Part shown: piece after piece, positions 17,841 to 27,111 of the stretch
Numbering within the stretch: the stretch's first letter is position 1
Layout of the letters: each line of letters starts with the position of its first letter
NCBI RefSeq assembly: GCF_000429305.1
Contig: NZ_AUBP01000029.1
Location: 1-32,000, forward strand
Length of the DNA: 32,000 nt
Reading direction: 5' to 3'
From: Desulfovibrio inopinatus DSM 10711
GTDB taxonomy: Bacteria; Desulfobacterota; Desulfovibrionia; Desulfovibrionales; Desulfovibrionaceae
Translations under genes and position numbers: made by a program
Notes under the pieces: generated by a model
The model's input: the letters and a program-made list of their open reading frames with translations, nothing else
Told to the model about the DNA's origin: nothing
Database searches by the model: none

Positions 17841-19206
17841 AGGCAGTCTCCTTCACAGCTAAGGCTGTCGATTCAAATTTAATTCTCTTGTCCCACAAAA
17901 AACCGCGCATTCCGAATCGGCGCATAATCTCCAGTCTCTCTTGGCCCTCTTGTGGAGGATAGATGCGATCATGTCTTCCGGCATACGCCTTCATGAGTCG
18001 AGCATGGACGGCATTACGGTGGAGTTGCCGAGAAAAATAAAACACGGGTTCAAGGAGCGGATCGTCCCTTTCAATCATGCCTTCGTGGATAGCCAGCGTT
18101 TGAAGCGCAGTCTGCGGCAAGATGCGATACCCAAGGAATCCCAAAACCATGCTTCCCTTGAGGCGTTCTTGCAGCACAAGCCCACGTTCAATAGTCTGCG
18201 GTGTTTCTCCTGGGCCGCCATACACAATGAAAATCGATTGCGGAATACGGGCTTTGAAAAAAAATTCGTTCATTGCGAAGACCTGACTATAATCGAAGCC
18301 TTTCGCCAAAGAATGCAGTGTCTCGTCGCATGTTCCATCGACACCAATCTCAACACAACGTAATCCTGATCGGACAAGTATATCTATAGCGTCTTGTGTT
18401 ATGTTCCCAGGCCTGAAATACGCGCTCCAGTTGATACAGAGATTGCTCCGGATCAATGCTTCTGCAATTTCGAGAAATTGGTTGTGTGGATCATTGAACA
18501 CCGAATCGGTGAAAAAGTAGGTATCAATGCCGTGTTTGTTTTTGAGATACGCAATTTCATCAACAACGGCCTGAGGATCACGGAATCGAAGATTTTCTCC
18601 TTCAAGTCCTGGATAACTGCAATAGATGCAGTGAAATGGACATCCTCTCTTCGTCTGAATCCCATAGATGCCGGTTTCGGCGTAATAGGTTAATGCGAGG
18701 CTTTCATTTTCGCCTTTGCCAGGAAGAAATGGTTTTTTTAGATCAATGGCGCGACGTATAAGCCCGGTCACGCGTTGTCCTTGTTTCAGAGTGTCCAATA
18801 TGTCGACAAATGCGTCTTCGCCTTCTCCGACAACACCGCAATCGGCCCGACAATATTCAAGAATAGACTGTGGCATAAGGGAAAAGCCAGCCCCACCAAG
18901 CACGATCGGCACGCCAGACCATGCTTTGATTCGTTCAACAAGCATTCGAAGGCGATCGAGTGTCCAATGTGCTTGGGCCGTAAAGATATCGACATTATCA
19001 ATATTTCGAATACTAATGCCAACAACATCAGGAGAGAATGTACGAAGTCGGGTCTCCACTTCTTCGCCATCGCCATGATGCCAAAAATCATAGATTTCGA
19101 CCGTGTGTCCGGCACGACGTGCGCTTTGGGCAACAAGAGCAACCCCTTGAGGATAAACCGGGTAGGGGCTTGTTTCCGTATTGATGGAAAAGAGCAGGAC
19201 GTTCAT
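17833..19206 (-). CDS. B12-binding domain radical SAM protein
   Basis: N-terminal cobalamin-binding-like fold region (PQGVALVAQSARRAGHTVEIYDF...FSPDVVGISIRN...GVPIVLGGAGFSLMP), followed by the radical SAM cluster motif 'TKRGCPFHCIYCSYP' (CxxxCxxC) and '...SVFNDP'. Confidence 0.92.
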   Translation of the reverse strand: MNVLLFSINTETSPYPVYPQGVALVAQSARRAGHTVEIYDFWHHGDGEEVETRLRTFSPDVVGISIRNIDNVDIFTAQAHWTLDRLRMLVERIKAWSGVPIVLGGAGFSLMPQSILEYCRADCGVVGEGEDAFVDILDTLKQGQRVTGLIRRAIDLKKPFLPGKGENESLALTYYAETGIYGIQTKRGCPFHCIYCSYPGLEGENLRFRDPQAVVDEIAYLKNKHGIDTYFFTDSVFNDPHNQFLEIAEALIRSNLCINWSAYFRPGNITQDAIDILVRSGLRCVEIGVDGTCDETLHSLAKGFDYSQVFAMNEFFFKARIPQSIFIVYGGPGETPQTIERGLVLQERLKGSMVLGFLGYRILPQTALQTLAIHEGMIERDDPLLEPVFYFSRQLHRNAVHARLMKAYAGRHDRIYPPQEGQERLEIMRRFGMRGFLWDKRIKFESTALAVKETAYD

Positions 19207-19670
19207 GACATTAAAGCAAGAAGGTCATACCAACGTGTCTGAAAGTCGAGCAGAAAATCGGGCAACGTCATGACGAGTTCTCCCGAAAGATCGACGAAAA
19301 GTTGCACTGTGCAACCCGTAGCAATCAATTGATCGGACTGATTTGTCACGCGGTATTCAAAATTAAGACGGGCCGCGTCCGACCAATGCAACCGAGTCAT
19401 AACGGTAACATGGTCGCCGTAACGGAGTGGGCAAAGATAGTCGACTTCAAGTCTGCGGATAGGCACAGTGAGACCATGATTATGAAAATCAAGGTAGTTA
19501 ATGCCGAATTTGGCCCCAAATGCCTCTCTGCCTTCTTCGAAATAAACCACATAGTTGCCGTGCCACACAATACCGAGAGGATCGGCTTCATGAAATTTGA
19601 CCGGCCGTGTCATCGTCATTTCCAAAGGTGCAGGCGCATTGGGCTGTAATCGAAAATAATTTTTTTTCAT
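19203..19670 (-). CDS. Hotdog-fold acyl thioesterase (YbgC/4HBT type)
   Basis: ATG at 19670 (MKKNYFRLQPN...); 4HBT signature 'VKFHEADPLGIVWHGNYVVYFEEGREAF'. Four-base overlaps at both ends. Confidence 0.85.
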   Translation of the reverse strand: MKKNYFRLQPNAPAPLEMTMTRPVKFHEADPLGIVWHGNYVVYFEEGREAFGAKFGINYLDFHNHGLTVPIRRLEVDYLCPLRYGDHVTVMTRLHWSDAARLNFEYRVTNQSDQLIATGCTVQLFVDLSGELVMTLPDFLLDFQTRWYDLLALMS

Positions 19671-20053
19671 AGAATTGCTGAGGTCGTAGGAGAAAATTGA
19701 ATTCGAAATGAAGATGCCAGTTCGTTCTCGACGTGCAGTGAAGCTGCCAGTTTTGTTGTGTTGCCTGTTGTCGTGCAGAGACATGCAACCTCAAAAACTT
19801 CATCAGGCAGGATCATCTTGAGATATTTACATTTTTCAAAATGAATCGAACCCGTTAAGATTTGTTGATCTATTCCGGCCGTATTGAAGACAAAGAGGAG
19901 TTGCATCATGCCGGGTAAAACCGGATACCCCGGAAAATGGCCTGCGAAAACAGGATGATCGCCATTCATGCGATAGCGTTGCCGTAGCATTCCCTCATCT
20001 CTGAAGACAGGCGTCACGGCCAAGCGCCAAACATCAAAATATTCCTGGCTCAT
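19667..20053 (-). CDS. 3-hydroxyacyl-ACP dehydratase-like hotdog protein (ApeI-like)
   Basis: MSQEYFDVWRLAVTP...; 'NGDHPVFAGHFPGYPVLPGMMQL' FabZ/FabA-like active-site block. Confidence 0.82.
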   Translation of the reverse strand: MSQEYFDVWRLAVTPVFRDEGMLRQRYRMNGDHPVFAGHFPGYPVLPGMMQLLFVFNTAGIDQQILTGSIHFEKCKYLKMILPDEVFEVACLCTTTGNTTKLAASLHVENELASSFRIQFSPTTSAIL

Positions 20054-20646
20054 TGTTTTTCTCCCTGTAAGGAACATGGCGAAATACGCAAAGTAAATGC
20101 ATGTTTCCCGAGCCCTTCGACGCGCATGGGGGCGTCTGGCCCTTGAGTTTCAATTCGAAGGATGGCCTCGGATTCGGCTGTGTGCCGGCATATGCATTGA
20201 ACGGTATTGTTCCGCACGGTCTCTGAGGCGCATCGACGCACGGCATCATCGAGAAACAAGCAGCGCAGAACCAAAGCAGCCGTGTCGGCAAAATCCTTTA
20301 CGCGGAGCAAACCACCGTTGCGTACTCGTAGCGTATGGGCAGTCGGGCTCACTTGGGCATCAAAGAGAGGAATGCCAAAATCTGTAAATACAGACGCTCG
20401 GAGTGCCCGGCGGTCAGCGTCGGTCTGGACCATCCCCTGCACCGCAAGAGAAGCATCCCCCAGTGTGAGAATGCCAGCATGGGATAAAGTCACATCATGA
20501 CCATTTGCCGTATCGGGAACAGCAAATGGAGGAGCGGATTGCGTCAAATCATTGCTAACAGCTGGCGGATTGGTACATGCTGCCAAGAGGTTCAACGCAA
20601 CCAGGAGGAACACCAGCCATATTCTTTTGGGTCTCTGTTTTGTCAT
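20050..20646 (-). CDS. Putative lipoprotein of the polyene cluster (possible DUF3261-type)
   Basis: ATG at 20646; lipobox 'LLVALNLLAACTN'; overlaps both neighbours by 4 bp. Confidence 0.65.
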   Translation of the reverse strand: MTKQRPKRIWLVFLLVALNLLAACTNPPAVSNDLTQSAPPFAVPDTANGHDVTLSHAGILTLGDASLAVQGMVQTDADRRALRASVFTDFGIPLFDAQVSPTAHTLRVRNGGLLRVKDFADTAALVLRCLFLDDAVRRCASETVRNNTVQCICRHTAESEAILRIETQGPDAPMRVEGLGKHAFTLRISPCSLQGEKQ

Positions 20647-23012
20647 GCCTGCCTCCACAATGCCGGCAAAATGACAAGAGACGCGACAAGTCCGCCGAGT
20701 GTTCCTATCAATACAGTCGTCCCGATACCCAACAGAGCAGGATGTCTACAGAAGGCAAGCGTTCCGAGTCCGATAATGGTGCTCAGACCCGAGACAATGA
20801 CAGCCTGTCGCGCTATCGGACTGATAGCTCCATCGAGTTCGCTGACCATGAAAATTCCGTAATCAACACCAAGACCAAGAATGAGTGGAACCGCCACGAT
20901 AGTATAAAGCGTTACCGGTGCGGCACTGATGGCGTGGTAACCCAAAACGGCAAGAAGACCGGCGACAACAGGAAAAAGAGCTGCTGCGGTTCTGGTAAGA
21001 TTACGAAAAAGAAGAAAGACAAAAATTGGTACAAGCACCAGAGTGAAACCAACGAACCGAACAAGGGTTTCTCCCATCAGCCTGGCCGTAGATTGGCGAA
21101 ACTGTGACAGAGAAAGAAAACGTATCCCCTCGGTCGACTCATTCGAAAAAAAGTCAGCAATTTCTGCGGTGTCCGGCACGAGAGATATGGCAGCCGTATA
21201 CGTCGGGCCTGTTTTAAAAAAGAGATCACGCAGGCCACCGGGCAACCTTTGAAGGAATTGTTCCTCTTCTTCGACTTGTGCCGGCGTAGAAATCATATGA
21301 ACGAATGGTTGAAAGGCTGTGCCGCTGAAGCCGAGTACTTGAGCCTGTGTGCTCAAATGTTTTTGAACAGATTCGTTATGTTTGATCCAGAATTGGTTCC
21401 ATCGGGTTACATTGGCCTGCATAATTTGGGATGACGGCAGTATCGATGCCAAACTGACCATTTCAGTGTCAGGAAAGCGCGCATGAAATCGATTCGCAAT
21501 ATGTTCGTTATGCTCGAGAGCCTCTTCGGCGGTTTTGCCGAGTGAGAAAATGAGAGCCATATCACGGGCTCCGCCCCAGATTTTATGAAAACGCTGTTCA
21601 TCGAGTTTGAGCTGCTGAGGAATATATCCGAGATTGCGTAAGTCACCATCTGTCTCCAGATGTGTAATAGCCAAGGCACTTGCGGCGAGACTTACGATAA
21701 AGACAGCGACAACAACGGTACGCGGTATATGAGAAGAGAAAGGAAGATGGAGAGATATTCGATGTTGTCGAATCGAAAGACGTTTTGGCAACAACAAAGG
21801 CAAAATACCAAGAGAACTTGCAAAAGCCGTAGCAAGACCGATCATCGAGAAGACCGCCAATTGACGGATACCGGGCATGTCGGAAAACGCCAGTCCAATG
21901 AACGCTGCGAGGGAAGTTAAACAGCTCATGGCGAGAGGTCGACTCAGACGCGAGAGGAGGACCGCGCCGTCGGTGCCGTGAGCATCAGCCAACGCATAAT
22001 AAACATGCAGGCCGTAATCCATGGTGATGCCAAGAATAACCGCCCCAAAGCCGACGACAATACCGGATATCGCTCCTTGAAAAACCACTGTGCCCGCCAC
22101 GGCAAAAATGAATGCTCCAGCCGGAATAAGCAAAACAAGAAGGCCAGACAGAGAGCGCAGGAAAAAGGCAGCCAACCCGATAAGCAAAATGCCGGAGATA
22201 GGCAAAACCGTACTGAGGTCTTCCCGGATTCGGTTGTCGTTGGCTTCCGTATAGCGATGCCCTGCCGTGACCATGGCGCTTATACCTGCGGGAAGTGTTT
22301 GAGCTATAACGCGCTGTACAGTTTCAAGCAGGTGTTGGGAAGCCTCAGGGTCAGTGAATGGGACGACTGTGTCGACCACAATGAGATGGTGAAGACGATC
22401 GTCAGTAATGAACCGACCGGAACGCAAATCGACGAAATCAGCAGGCATTGCAGACCGAAACTTTTTCAACAAAATCCTTCGAAGTCCCAAAGGATCTTGG
22501 CTGATCAGACGTTTTATCGGACCAGCAGGTGTGGAGAGCAAGATTCGTTTGTCTTCGGTCAGGGAATGTTCAATAGCTTCAGGCGTAAGCAGACGCGATA
22601 TGGCGGCTTCATCTTGGGCCGAGAAGAGCAAAGGAAATGAGACAAAAATATCTTGAAACATCGCCGGAGATATGTCGATAGGCGGTCCCACAAGCACATT
22701 CGGAAAAAGAGTTTTCGGCAGAGCCTGTTGCAAGGCATCGGCAGCCTGCGTCAACCGAGCAGGAGGAATCGTCTCGTCTCTTGTCAGCGTGATGAATATT
22801 TTTTTTGCAAACGGAGCTATTGTCAACAAGTCGATGTCATTGACATCGTTCTTTTCATTTTGAGGCAGCATAATGCTGATATCACGCTCAAGAGGCGTTC
22901 GGGCGACAACCAAAATAGATATCGCCAGCATGACCACACTCACAAAAAAAAGCACATATCTATAACGGCGTAGCGCTTTAAAAAAAGACGGGTTGAAAAG
23001 ACGATGCGTCAT
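20643..23012 (-). CDS. MMPL/RND-superfamily lipid/polyene exporter
   Basis: 789 aa; repeated six-TM architecture; 'GFGAVILGITMDYGLHVYYAL' and 'VPLILGLGVDYGIFMVSEL', the signature duplicated RND/MMPL TM4 motifs. Confidence 0.92.
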   Translation of the reverse strand: MTHRLFNPSFFKALRRYRYVLFFVSVVMLAISILVVARTPLERDISIMLPQNEKNDVNDIDLLTIAPFAKKIFITLTRDETIPPARLTQAADALQQALPKTLFPNVLVGPPIDISPAMFQDIFVSFPLLFSAQDEAAISRLLTPEAIEHSLTEDKRILLSTPAGPIKRLISQDPLGLRRILLKKFRSAMPADFVDLRSGRFITDDRLHHLIVVDTVVPFTDPEASQHLLETVQRVIAQTLPAGISAMVTAGHRYTEANDNRIREDLSTVLPISGILLIGLAAFFLRSLSGLLVLLIPAGAFIFAVAGTVVFQGAISGIVVGFGAVILGITMDYGLHVYYALADAHGTDGAVLLSRLSRPLAMSCLTSLAAFIGLAFSDMPGIRQLAVFSMIGLATAFASSLGILPLLLPKRLSIRQHRISLHLPFSSHIPRTVVVAVFIVSLAASALAITHLETDGDLRNLGYIPQQLKLDEQRFHKIWGGARDMALIFSLGKTAEEALEHNEHIANRFHARFPDTEMVSLASILPSSQIMQANVTRWNQFWIKHNESVQKHLSTQAQVLGFSGTAFQPFVHMISTPAQVEEEEQFLQRLPGGLRDLFFKTGPTYTAAISLVPDTAEIADFFSNESTEGIRFLSLSQFRQSTARLMGETLVRFVGFTLVLVPIFVFLLFRNLTRTAAALFPVVAGLLAVLGYHAISAAPVTLYTIVAVPLILGLGVDYGIFMVSELDGAISPIARQAVIVSGLSTIIGLGTLAFCRHPALLGIGTTVLIGTLGGLVASLVILPALWRQA

Positions 23013-23017
23013 GATAA

Positions 23018-23632
23018 TTAAAAGAGACCTTTGGAAAGCGGAGCATTGATCGTTGTTTCGTGAAAATCAATACGTGTCTCATCCCCTTCGCTTTCGTGGA
23101 TGACAATATGCTCAACAGTCATGTCTGGCTGTGTGAACTGCATGGTCATGGATGCAATGCCGGATGTTTGGGAATTGAGAGGATACAAGACGATGGCAAG
23201 TGGTTCCGAAGAGAGGACAGAAACTGTATTTTCTTTCTTCAGGGCGCTCATATCAAGCTGCATCCAGGCAAAAAGGCGTTTGGAGAGAGCACGCAAGATG
23301 GGATCGGTACAACCCGTTTGGAGGGGGGAGACTTTACTTTGGTCTGCCCCCAAACGATGACAGTTTTCCCCATCTATGACGAATCCCGCATGGAATGGTT
23401 CGAGATATTCCCAACGCAACTTGTCTGGTGAAGCAAAGACAAGTCGCCCAGATGACTTCATTGATGTTTTAAACATGGACATCGTTTTGATCTGGGTAAA
23501 CTGCGTATCAAGAGTCGATACGTTGCGCGCTTTACTCTCTATTTCCTGAAGAAGATCTGTCTCATTTTGCGCCCAAACCAAGAGGGGGCAGAATAACAAT
23601 ACGACACAAAGGGTAAGGCATCTGAAAATCAT
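23018..23632 (-). CDS. LolA-like outer-membrane lipoprotein carrier family protein
   Basis: Signal peptide; 'TLDTQFTQIKTMSMFKTSMKSSGRLVFASPDKLRWEYLEPFHAGFVIDG'. Confidence 0.88.
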   Translation of the reverse strand: MIFRCLTLCVVLLFCPLLVWAQNETDLLQEIESKARNVSTLDTQFTQIKTMSMFKTSMKSSGRLVFASPDKLRWEYLEPFHAGFVIDGENCHRLGADQSKVSPLQTGCTDPILRALSKRLFAWMQLDMSALKKENTVSVLSSEPLAIVLYPLNSQTSGIASMTMQFTQPDMTVEHIVIHESEGDETRIDFHETTINAPLSKGLF

Positions 23633-24087
23633 ACTCCCCTCCCCTGTACGTCAGCCGCCGGGGGGCTAAAGACTCGAAAGCCCCCCGAAGCAACGAGTTC
23701 CCCCTCCTCCAGAAACAGCCGGGCGTTTGCGACGTAAAACCGATCGATCTCCGTCACCGTTTCTACTTCAATACGAAGACGATCATCAGGTCCGACCTGA
23801 TTGGAGACGACAAACCGGTTGATTCCGACAAGAAATCCAGGTTGGAGGGGAAGCCCTTGTTGAAGAATACAATATCCACGCATGGCAGCATAAGCCTGGG
23901 CTGCGATTTCGACATAGGCGGCTGGATGGAGCGTGTTGCCAAGAAGAGGCACGGCTTTTTCATGCAAATCCACCGTCGCAACACCGTAGTTATCGTTGGA
24001 TTCGAGTAAAAAATCGATCAACGCCATAGGCGGCCGGTGTGGAATAAGCAAATCAGCAGCAAGTGGAAATCGAAGATCTAAAGCCAT
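23629..24087 (-). CDS. Hotdog-fold 3-hydroxyacyl-ACP dehydratase-like protein (ApeP-like)
   Basis: 'IPHRPPMALIDFLLE...HPAAYVEIAAQAYAAMRGY...PGFLVGINRFVV' pattern; ATGA overlap with the LolA-like gene. Confidence 0.8.
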   Translation of the reverse strand: MALDLRFPLAADLLIPHRPPMALIDFLLESNDNYGVATVDLHEKAVPLLGNTLHPAAYVEIAAQAYAAMRGYCILQQGLPLQPGFLVGINRFVVSNQVGPDDRLRIEVETVTEIDRFYVANARLFLEEGELVASGGFRVFSPPAADVQGRGV

Positions 24088-24181
24088 ACGTACCTCTTCC
24101 CGAATGAAACAGCTCGAGTCCTTATATTCCTAAACGGACAGAACAACATGCTGTCATTGACCATAACGTGGTCTATTCATT

Positions 24182-24586
24182 TTATGAATTAAGCAATTCC
24201 TCTTGAATTTGCCGGTCAAGATTCATGATCCAACCTTTATAATTCTTGTGGATTTTTCCATTACGAGCTTTCAAGTTGGTACTTGATTTATAAATGATGC
24301 TGTACTTATTTTTGTCATACTTGATATCGACAACGGCCTGATGGCTCCTGATATTGAGCGTAGCAACAATAAGCCCTTCTTTTTCGACGTACATTTTCCA
24401 ACCGAGCTTATTACAGGCTCGATGAATCGCCACCTCAATTTCATACATTCCAATATTCGTATGCGATCCTGTATCTATCGGTTGATTATTGACATTATAA
24501 ATTGGAATTGTTTTACAACCAACAATCGACAACATACCTACGATACAAATAAGAACCGTGATACGGCGTACACTCTGTAAAGTCAT
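24182..24586 (-). CDS. Small lipoprotein of unknown function
   Basis: ATG at 24586 (MTLQSVRRITVLICIVGMLSIVGCKTIP); lipobox VGC. A globular domain follows (GMYEIEVAIHRACNKLGWKMYVEKEGLIVATLNIRSHQAVVDIKYDKNKYSIIYKSS). Confidence 0.7.
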   Translation of the reverse strand: MTLQSVRRITVLICIVGMLSIVGCKTIPIYNVNNQPIDTGSHTNIGMYEIEVAIHRACNKLGWKMYVEKEGLIVATLNIRSHQAVVDIKYDKNKYSIIYKSSTNLKARNGKIHKNYKGWIMNLDRQIQEELLNS

Positions 24587-24759
24587 ACGAGATCTCCACA
24601 TTTTATAATTGTTTCCACAAACAACTATCTTCCTCAACCCCAAAACTTTCCCAACAATTCAGAACAAAATACATGCGTTATTACTCACAACATGATAAAA
24701 TTTAGGCTTGCAAACATGGATATACAAAAATCAGTATGGAGAACTTCATCGAACTGAGT

Positions 24760-25575
24760 CTATAGCCTCGTTGTATTTGCTCCAATACAGTAGGGTAAAG
24801 TGACTCTCTCGGAGTTCTTATATTGCTGTTGTATATCCAGGATTGCTTTTTCCATCAGTAATTTAACATGCTTTCGCATCGCTATATGGCCAAGTTCTCC
24901 AGAGAAATTGTGTGGGTACACAGGAGGGAGAGCGACCACTGTAACGGGAGTTATTCGAAGCCAAGTCGTCCCTTTGGGAAGCATCTTACCGGTGTTGTAA
25001 AAGCACAATGGTACGACCGGCCGACCTGTCTGACAGGACAAGCGAAACGCTCCGGAATGAAAGCGACCGAAATGCCCATCCGAGTGGCGCGTCCCTTCTG
25101 GGAAAAACATGATGCTCGTTTTTTGCCGAAAAAGATTTTGTATGTGTTCAAACATACCTTCTGGCGTGTACTGTTCCACATCAACATACTGAGCATTTCG
25201 CATGTAGAATCCAAAAAAAGGAATACGAAATGGCCACCCTCGAACGACAAATGCGACATCATGAATGGGAAGAGACGCCATAAAATACAGATCGGTCATG
25301 GACTGATGATTTCCCACAATAATACATGGCTGCGGGTAATCGTCCCATTTCCCTGTCTTTCTTTCTATGGGCATAAAAAGCGAAATAAAGTGAATCCATA
25401 CTCTGGCATAAAACCAGACAATACTTCGGATAGCAGACGGTGATGTTCGCTTCATGATGATTTTGTACAGGATAAAAGCAAATGGAGTGAACACGATAGC
25501 GATGCCTGTCCAAATCAACAAGAATGGAACATGAGCGATATTGAGCACAATTGTCCGTATCGTCATACCGTTCAT
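24760..25575 (-). CDS. PlsC-type 1-acylglycerol-3-phosphate acyltransferase-like protein
   Basis: 'CIIVGNHQSMTDLYFM' (a variant of NHxxxxD, with Gln after the His), 'IMFFPEGTRHSDGHFGRFHSGAFRLSCQTGRPVVPLCF'. Start could instead be TTG at 25596. Confidence 0.85.
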   Translation of the reverse strand: MNGMTIRTIVLNIAHVPFLLIWTGIAIVFTPFAFILYKIIMKRTSPSAIRSIVWFYARVWIHFISLFMPIERKTGKWDDYPQPCIIVGNHQSMTDLYFMASLPIHDVAFVVRGWPFRIPFFGFYMRNAQYVDVEQYTPEGMFEHIQNLFRQKTSIMFFPEGTRHSDGHFGRFHSGAFRLSCQTGRPVVPLCFYNTGKMLPKGTTWLRITPVTVVALPPVYPHNFSGELGHIAMRKHVKLLMEKAILDIQQQYKNSERVTLPYCIGANTTRL

Positions 25576-25621
25576 TATTTCCGTCTTTGTTCCCAAAAAT
25601 TCTTTACCTGATTATTCCAGG

Positions 25622-25873
25622 CTATTCAGGTTGTCTTTTCGACAAAACAAAATCATAGACATCCTGTAACGTACGGATGCCAGATAAATCAGGATCTTTC
25701 CCAATTTTAAAATGAAAAGCCTGCTCAAGTACGATGACCATGTCTACCCCGTCGAGGCTATCCAGCCCGAGGTCGTCTTTTAAAAGGGCTTGGGGTTGCA
25801 TGAGTTCCGGGTCAAGTTCAAATTCTTCTGCCAAAGACGTATTAATAATTTGGGTAACTTCTTGAGGAGTCAT
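25622..25873 (-). CDS. Acyl carrier protein
   Basis: ATG at 25873 (MTPQEVTQIINTSLAEEF...); 'KDDLGLDSLDGVDMVIVLE' phosphopantetheine site. Confidence 0.9.
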   Translation of the reverse strand: MTPQEVTQIINTSLAEEFELDPELMQPQALLKDDLGLDSLDGVDMVIVLEQAFHFKIGKDPDLSGIRTLQDVYDFVLSKRQPE

Positions 25874-27111
25874 AAGTGCGTTGTTCCAATAACCAGAGAG
25901 GCATTTATGCCTCCAAGGGCAAAACTGTTTTTGAGTACGGTGCATACGGACCGTTCCACATCGCTTTGAATGTGCATTGGTCCAAGACAATCTTCAGCAA
26001 TAACGGAGAGGTTCTTGGTGGAGATAATGCGGTTCTCACGTATCATGAGAAGCGACGCGATCATTTCCAGAACGCCGCTCGCCGCCAAAGTATGTCCAAG
26101 ATGCCCTTTGAGACTACTTATAGGCACCTCGGAACCACAAAGCGAAGCCACAGCTCGACATTCTGCAGCATCGCCAAGAATGGTGCCTGTCGCATGAGCG
26201 TTGACATAATCGATATCGGATGCTGAGAGCCCTGCTTGTTCCAGGGCTTGACTCATACAGCGAACCAAGGCTGTGTCTGTTGGGTTGGCCATGCCGTCAG
26301 GGTCACCCATAGTGGCGAACCCGAGCACTTCGGCCAAAATTGGAGCCCCGCGTGATACAGCATGCTCCAGTGATTCCAGCAAAATAACACCTGCTCCTTC
26401 CGCACATACGATGCCATCACGAGCACGATCAAACGGGCGTGGTGTTTGCGTAGGACTGTTGTTGAACGCTTGAGAAGCAGCCTGTATCACATCGAAAGAC
26501 GCCACAGACATGGGTGAAAATTCTTCAGCTCCACCACACAACATCATGTCCTGCAGACCCATGGCGATTGTTTCGTAGCCAAGACCGATAGCTTGTAAAC
26601 TTGATGCACAGGCCGCTGAAGGAGCGAGGATGCGACCGGCGATGCCGAAATACATGGCTGCATTCGTTACGAGTGTGTGGCTCATGATGCGAAACAGAAG
26701 CATCGATTTAATGCTACTGATATCGTGAGAGTGTAAATACTCTGAAAAAAACGCCTCCATGTTCTCACCACTTCCTGTGGTGGAACTCAAAGCAAGGCCG
26801 AGTCGTCCTCCGGTAATAGCGTCCTTATCTAAGTCGGATTCGTTGAGAGCTTCCTGACAGGCCGCCACAGCATAATACGACATAGGTGACATAGAGCGGC
26901 GCGTCTTTCTTGGGATATTACGTCCATTCATCCCGGCTTCAGGAGGTATAATTGCCCCGAGCTTGCAAGCAAGACCTTGAATATCGAGCAATTCCGGTCG
27001 CAAGGAAACGGCGCTTTGACCATTTGTCAGGGCTGTCCACAGGGAATCAACGCCCGCACCAAAAGGAGAGACCGCTCCAGCTGCCGTGATAACAACACGT
27101 CTTAACGGCAT
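25870..27111 (-). CDS. Beta-ketoacyl-ACP synthase (FabF-like)
   Basis: 'LAPSAACASSLQAIG', 'VNAHATGTILGDAAE', 'SSLKGHLGHTLAASG'. Confidence 0.92.
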   Translation of the reverse strand: MPLRRVVITAAGAVSPFGAGVDSLWTALTNGQSAVSLRPELLDIQGLACKLGAIIPPEAGMNGRNIPRKTRRSMSPMSYYAVAACQEALNESDLDKDAITGGRLGLALSSTTGSGENMEAFFSEYLHSHDISSIKSMLLFRIMSHTLVTNAAMYFGIAGRILAPSAACASSLQAIGLGYETIAMGLQDMMLCGGAEEFSPMSVASFDVIQAASQAFNNSPTQTPRPFDRARDGIVCAEGAGVILLESLEHAVSRGAPILAEVLGFATMGDPDGMANPTDTALVRCMSQALEQAGLSASDIDYVNAHATGTILGDAAECRAVASLCGSEVPISSLKGHLGHTLAASGVLEMIASLLMIRENRIISTKNLSVIAEDCLGPMHIQSDVERSVCTVLKNSFALGGINASLVIGTTHL

